From: Propionibacterium freudenreichii subsp. freudenreichii
GTDB lineage: Bacteria; Actinomycetota; Actinomycetes; Propionibacteriales; Propionibacteriaceae
DNA: 32,000 nucleotides
NCBI RefSeq assembly: GCF_000940845.1
Contig: NZ_CP010341.1
Span: forward strand, 630,001 to 662,000
Direction of reading: 5' to 3'
Each line of letters begins with the position of its first letter. The stretch's first letter is position 1. Shown piece by piece: positions 30,964 through 32,000 of the stretch. The position numbers and the translations under genes are program-made. Under the pieces are notes generated by a model. It was given only the letters and a program-made list of their open reading frames with translations. It ran no database searches and was not told the DNA's origin.

Positions 30964-32000
30964 GTAACTGTTCAGGTGGTGGCTGGGGTCCAGGCCTGTC
31001 CGTTGAACAGGTCGACGAGGACCTGGTAGGTGTTGCAGGCCTGCTTGGTGGCGGTGGACAGGTAGGAGCGCAGCCGGAGGAAGCCCTCGGCGCCGGTCAG
31101 AGTGCGGTGGCATCCCGAGACCTTCTGATGCACCTTGACCATGCGGATCTCGCGTTCAGCGGCGTTGTTGTCGGGTGCCAGGCCCGGTGTGGTGGCGAAG
31201 CGCAGGTAGTCGTCGATCCGGGCACTGATCCGCCGGGCCAGGGCGCGGTGCTTCGCCCCGACCTTCCCGGGCACTCCCGAATCCGCACCCAGTCGTGCTG
31301 CGTCGACGATGAGACGCCGCCCGGCCTCCAGCAGTCCGGGGTCGGCCTGTCCTGCGGCGGCGTGGGGATCGCGGATCAGCGGCAGGAGGGCGTCGAGGAC
31401 CTGGCGGGCCCAGCAGAACGCCCCGGGCGGGTCGTGGGCGTCGTGGTGGTCGGCCACCGCGACCAGTTCGCGGATCAGGTGGGCGCAGCACAGTTGGTGG
31501 TCCACGTGCTCGTAGGTGTCGTAGGGGGCCCACGCGTCATGGACCAGCACACCGGTGCAGCCGGGCAGGATGCCGGCGGCATCCATCCCCGCCCGGCCCC
31601 GCCGCCGGTGCACACTGATATGCGAGTACTGACCGGTGGAGGCCGAGTGGACCCAGTGCAGCTTCCCAGCGACCCGCAGCCCGGTCTCATCGGCGTGGAC
31701 GACAGGGGATGCGGCGATCCGGCCCGCCACCTGGCCGGTGAAGGCGTCCAGGGGCTCACCGCCCGCCTGTTCGACGGCGGCGGCCACCGCCCCGGTCGAC
31801 ACGGGCATCCCCAGCAGGTCGGCCATGGTCACCGCGACCCGCCTGATCGGTATGTACTGGCCGGCGGCCAGGTAGACCATCGCCGCACGGGCCGCCGGCC
31901 CGTAGGAGACCGGCGCGGCCACCCCGGCCGGAGCCGTCCCCGCCGTCAGGTGCCCGCAGGCGCACCGGCGGGTGAGGATCTGGTGCTCGGTCACCACCGC
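30964..32000 (-). mobile_element. IS66-family insertion sequence, right-hand part (end tentatively at ~30964)
   Basis: The transposase stops at 30972. The plus strand reads GTAACTGTTCAGG from 30964, and IS66-family ends typically start with 5'-GTAA. The other end is outside the window, so the inverted repeat cannot be confirmed. Confidence 0.55.
30972..32000 (-). CDS. IS66-family transposase (C-terminal ~340 aa; N-terminus outside the window)
   Basis: Motifs HADETGLRV, LVHDAWAPY, QLCCAHLIRE and PDNNAAEREIRMVK are characteristic of IS66 (TnpC) DDE transposases. The frame is still open at the window edge. Confidence 0.88.
   Translation of the reverse strand, partial: AVVTEHQILTRRCACGHLTAGTAPAGVAAPVSYGPAARAAMVYLAAGQYIPIRRVAVTMADLLGMPVSTGAVAAAVEQAGGEPLDAFTGQVAGRIAASPVVHADETGLRVAGKLHWVHSASTGQYSHISVHRRRGRAGMDAAGILPGCTGVLVHDAWAPYDTYEHVDHQLCCAHLIRELVAVADHHDAHDPPGAFCWARQVLDALLPLIRDPHAAAGQADPGLLEAGRRLIVDAARLGADSGVPGKVGAKHRALARRISARIDDYLRFATTPGLAPDNNAAEREIRMVKVHQKVSGCHRTLTGAEGFLRLRSYLSTATKQACNTYQVLVDLFNGQAWTPATT

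Overview
High-GC (Actinomycetota-style) chromosomal window. GTG starts are frequent, adjacent genes overlap by 1-4 nt, and long antisense shadow ORFs are common. The protein style suggests a Propionibacteriales-like organism, but I cannot verify that. About 70% of the window is the conserved translation-apparatus locus. It runs from the 3' part of rpoC through the str operon (rpsL-rpsG-fusA-tuf). A four-gene insert follows in the tuf/rpsJ gap: a DUF2079-like membrane protein on the minus strand, then a GNAT acetyltransferase, gltX and a class IV aminotransferase on the plus strand. After that comes an uninterrupted S10-spc block of 21 ribosomal protein genes (rpsJ to rplO). After rplO the canonical secY-adk-map continuation is absent. 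Instead there is a strong terminator and then two diverged, inverted copies of a 64-nt stem-loop element whose stems differ only by compensatory changes, which is my top finding. Beyond these lies a minus-strand accessory block. It reads: IS66-family transposase (partial, at the window edge), then an Opp/Dpp-type ABC importer (permease, permease, fused double ATPase, lipoprotein binding protein last), then a luciferase-like flavin monooxygenase plus partner FMN reductase of unknown substrate. Smaller signals are a 3 x 17-bp tandem repeat fused to the tuf terminator, hairpin clusters in the rpsG-fusA and fusA-tuf spacers, and paired 27-bp repeats before a probably leaderless gltX. I found no rRNA, tRNA or CRISPR array. 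All calls come from reading the sequence and ORF translations; no database search was run.
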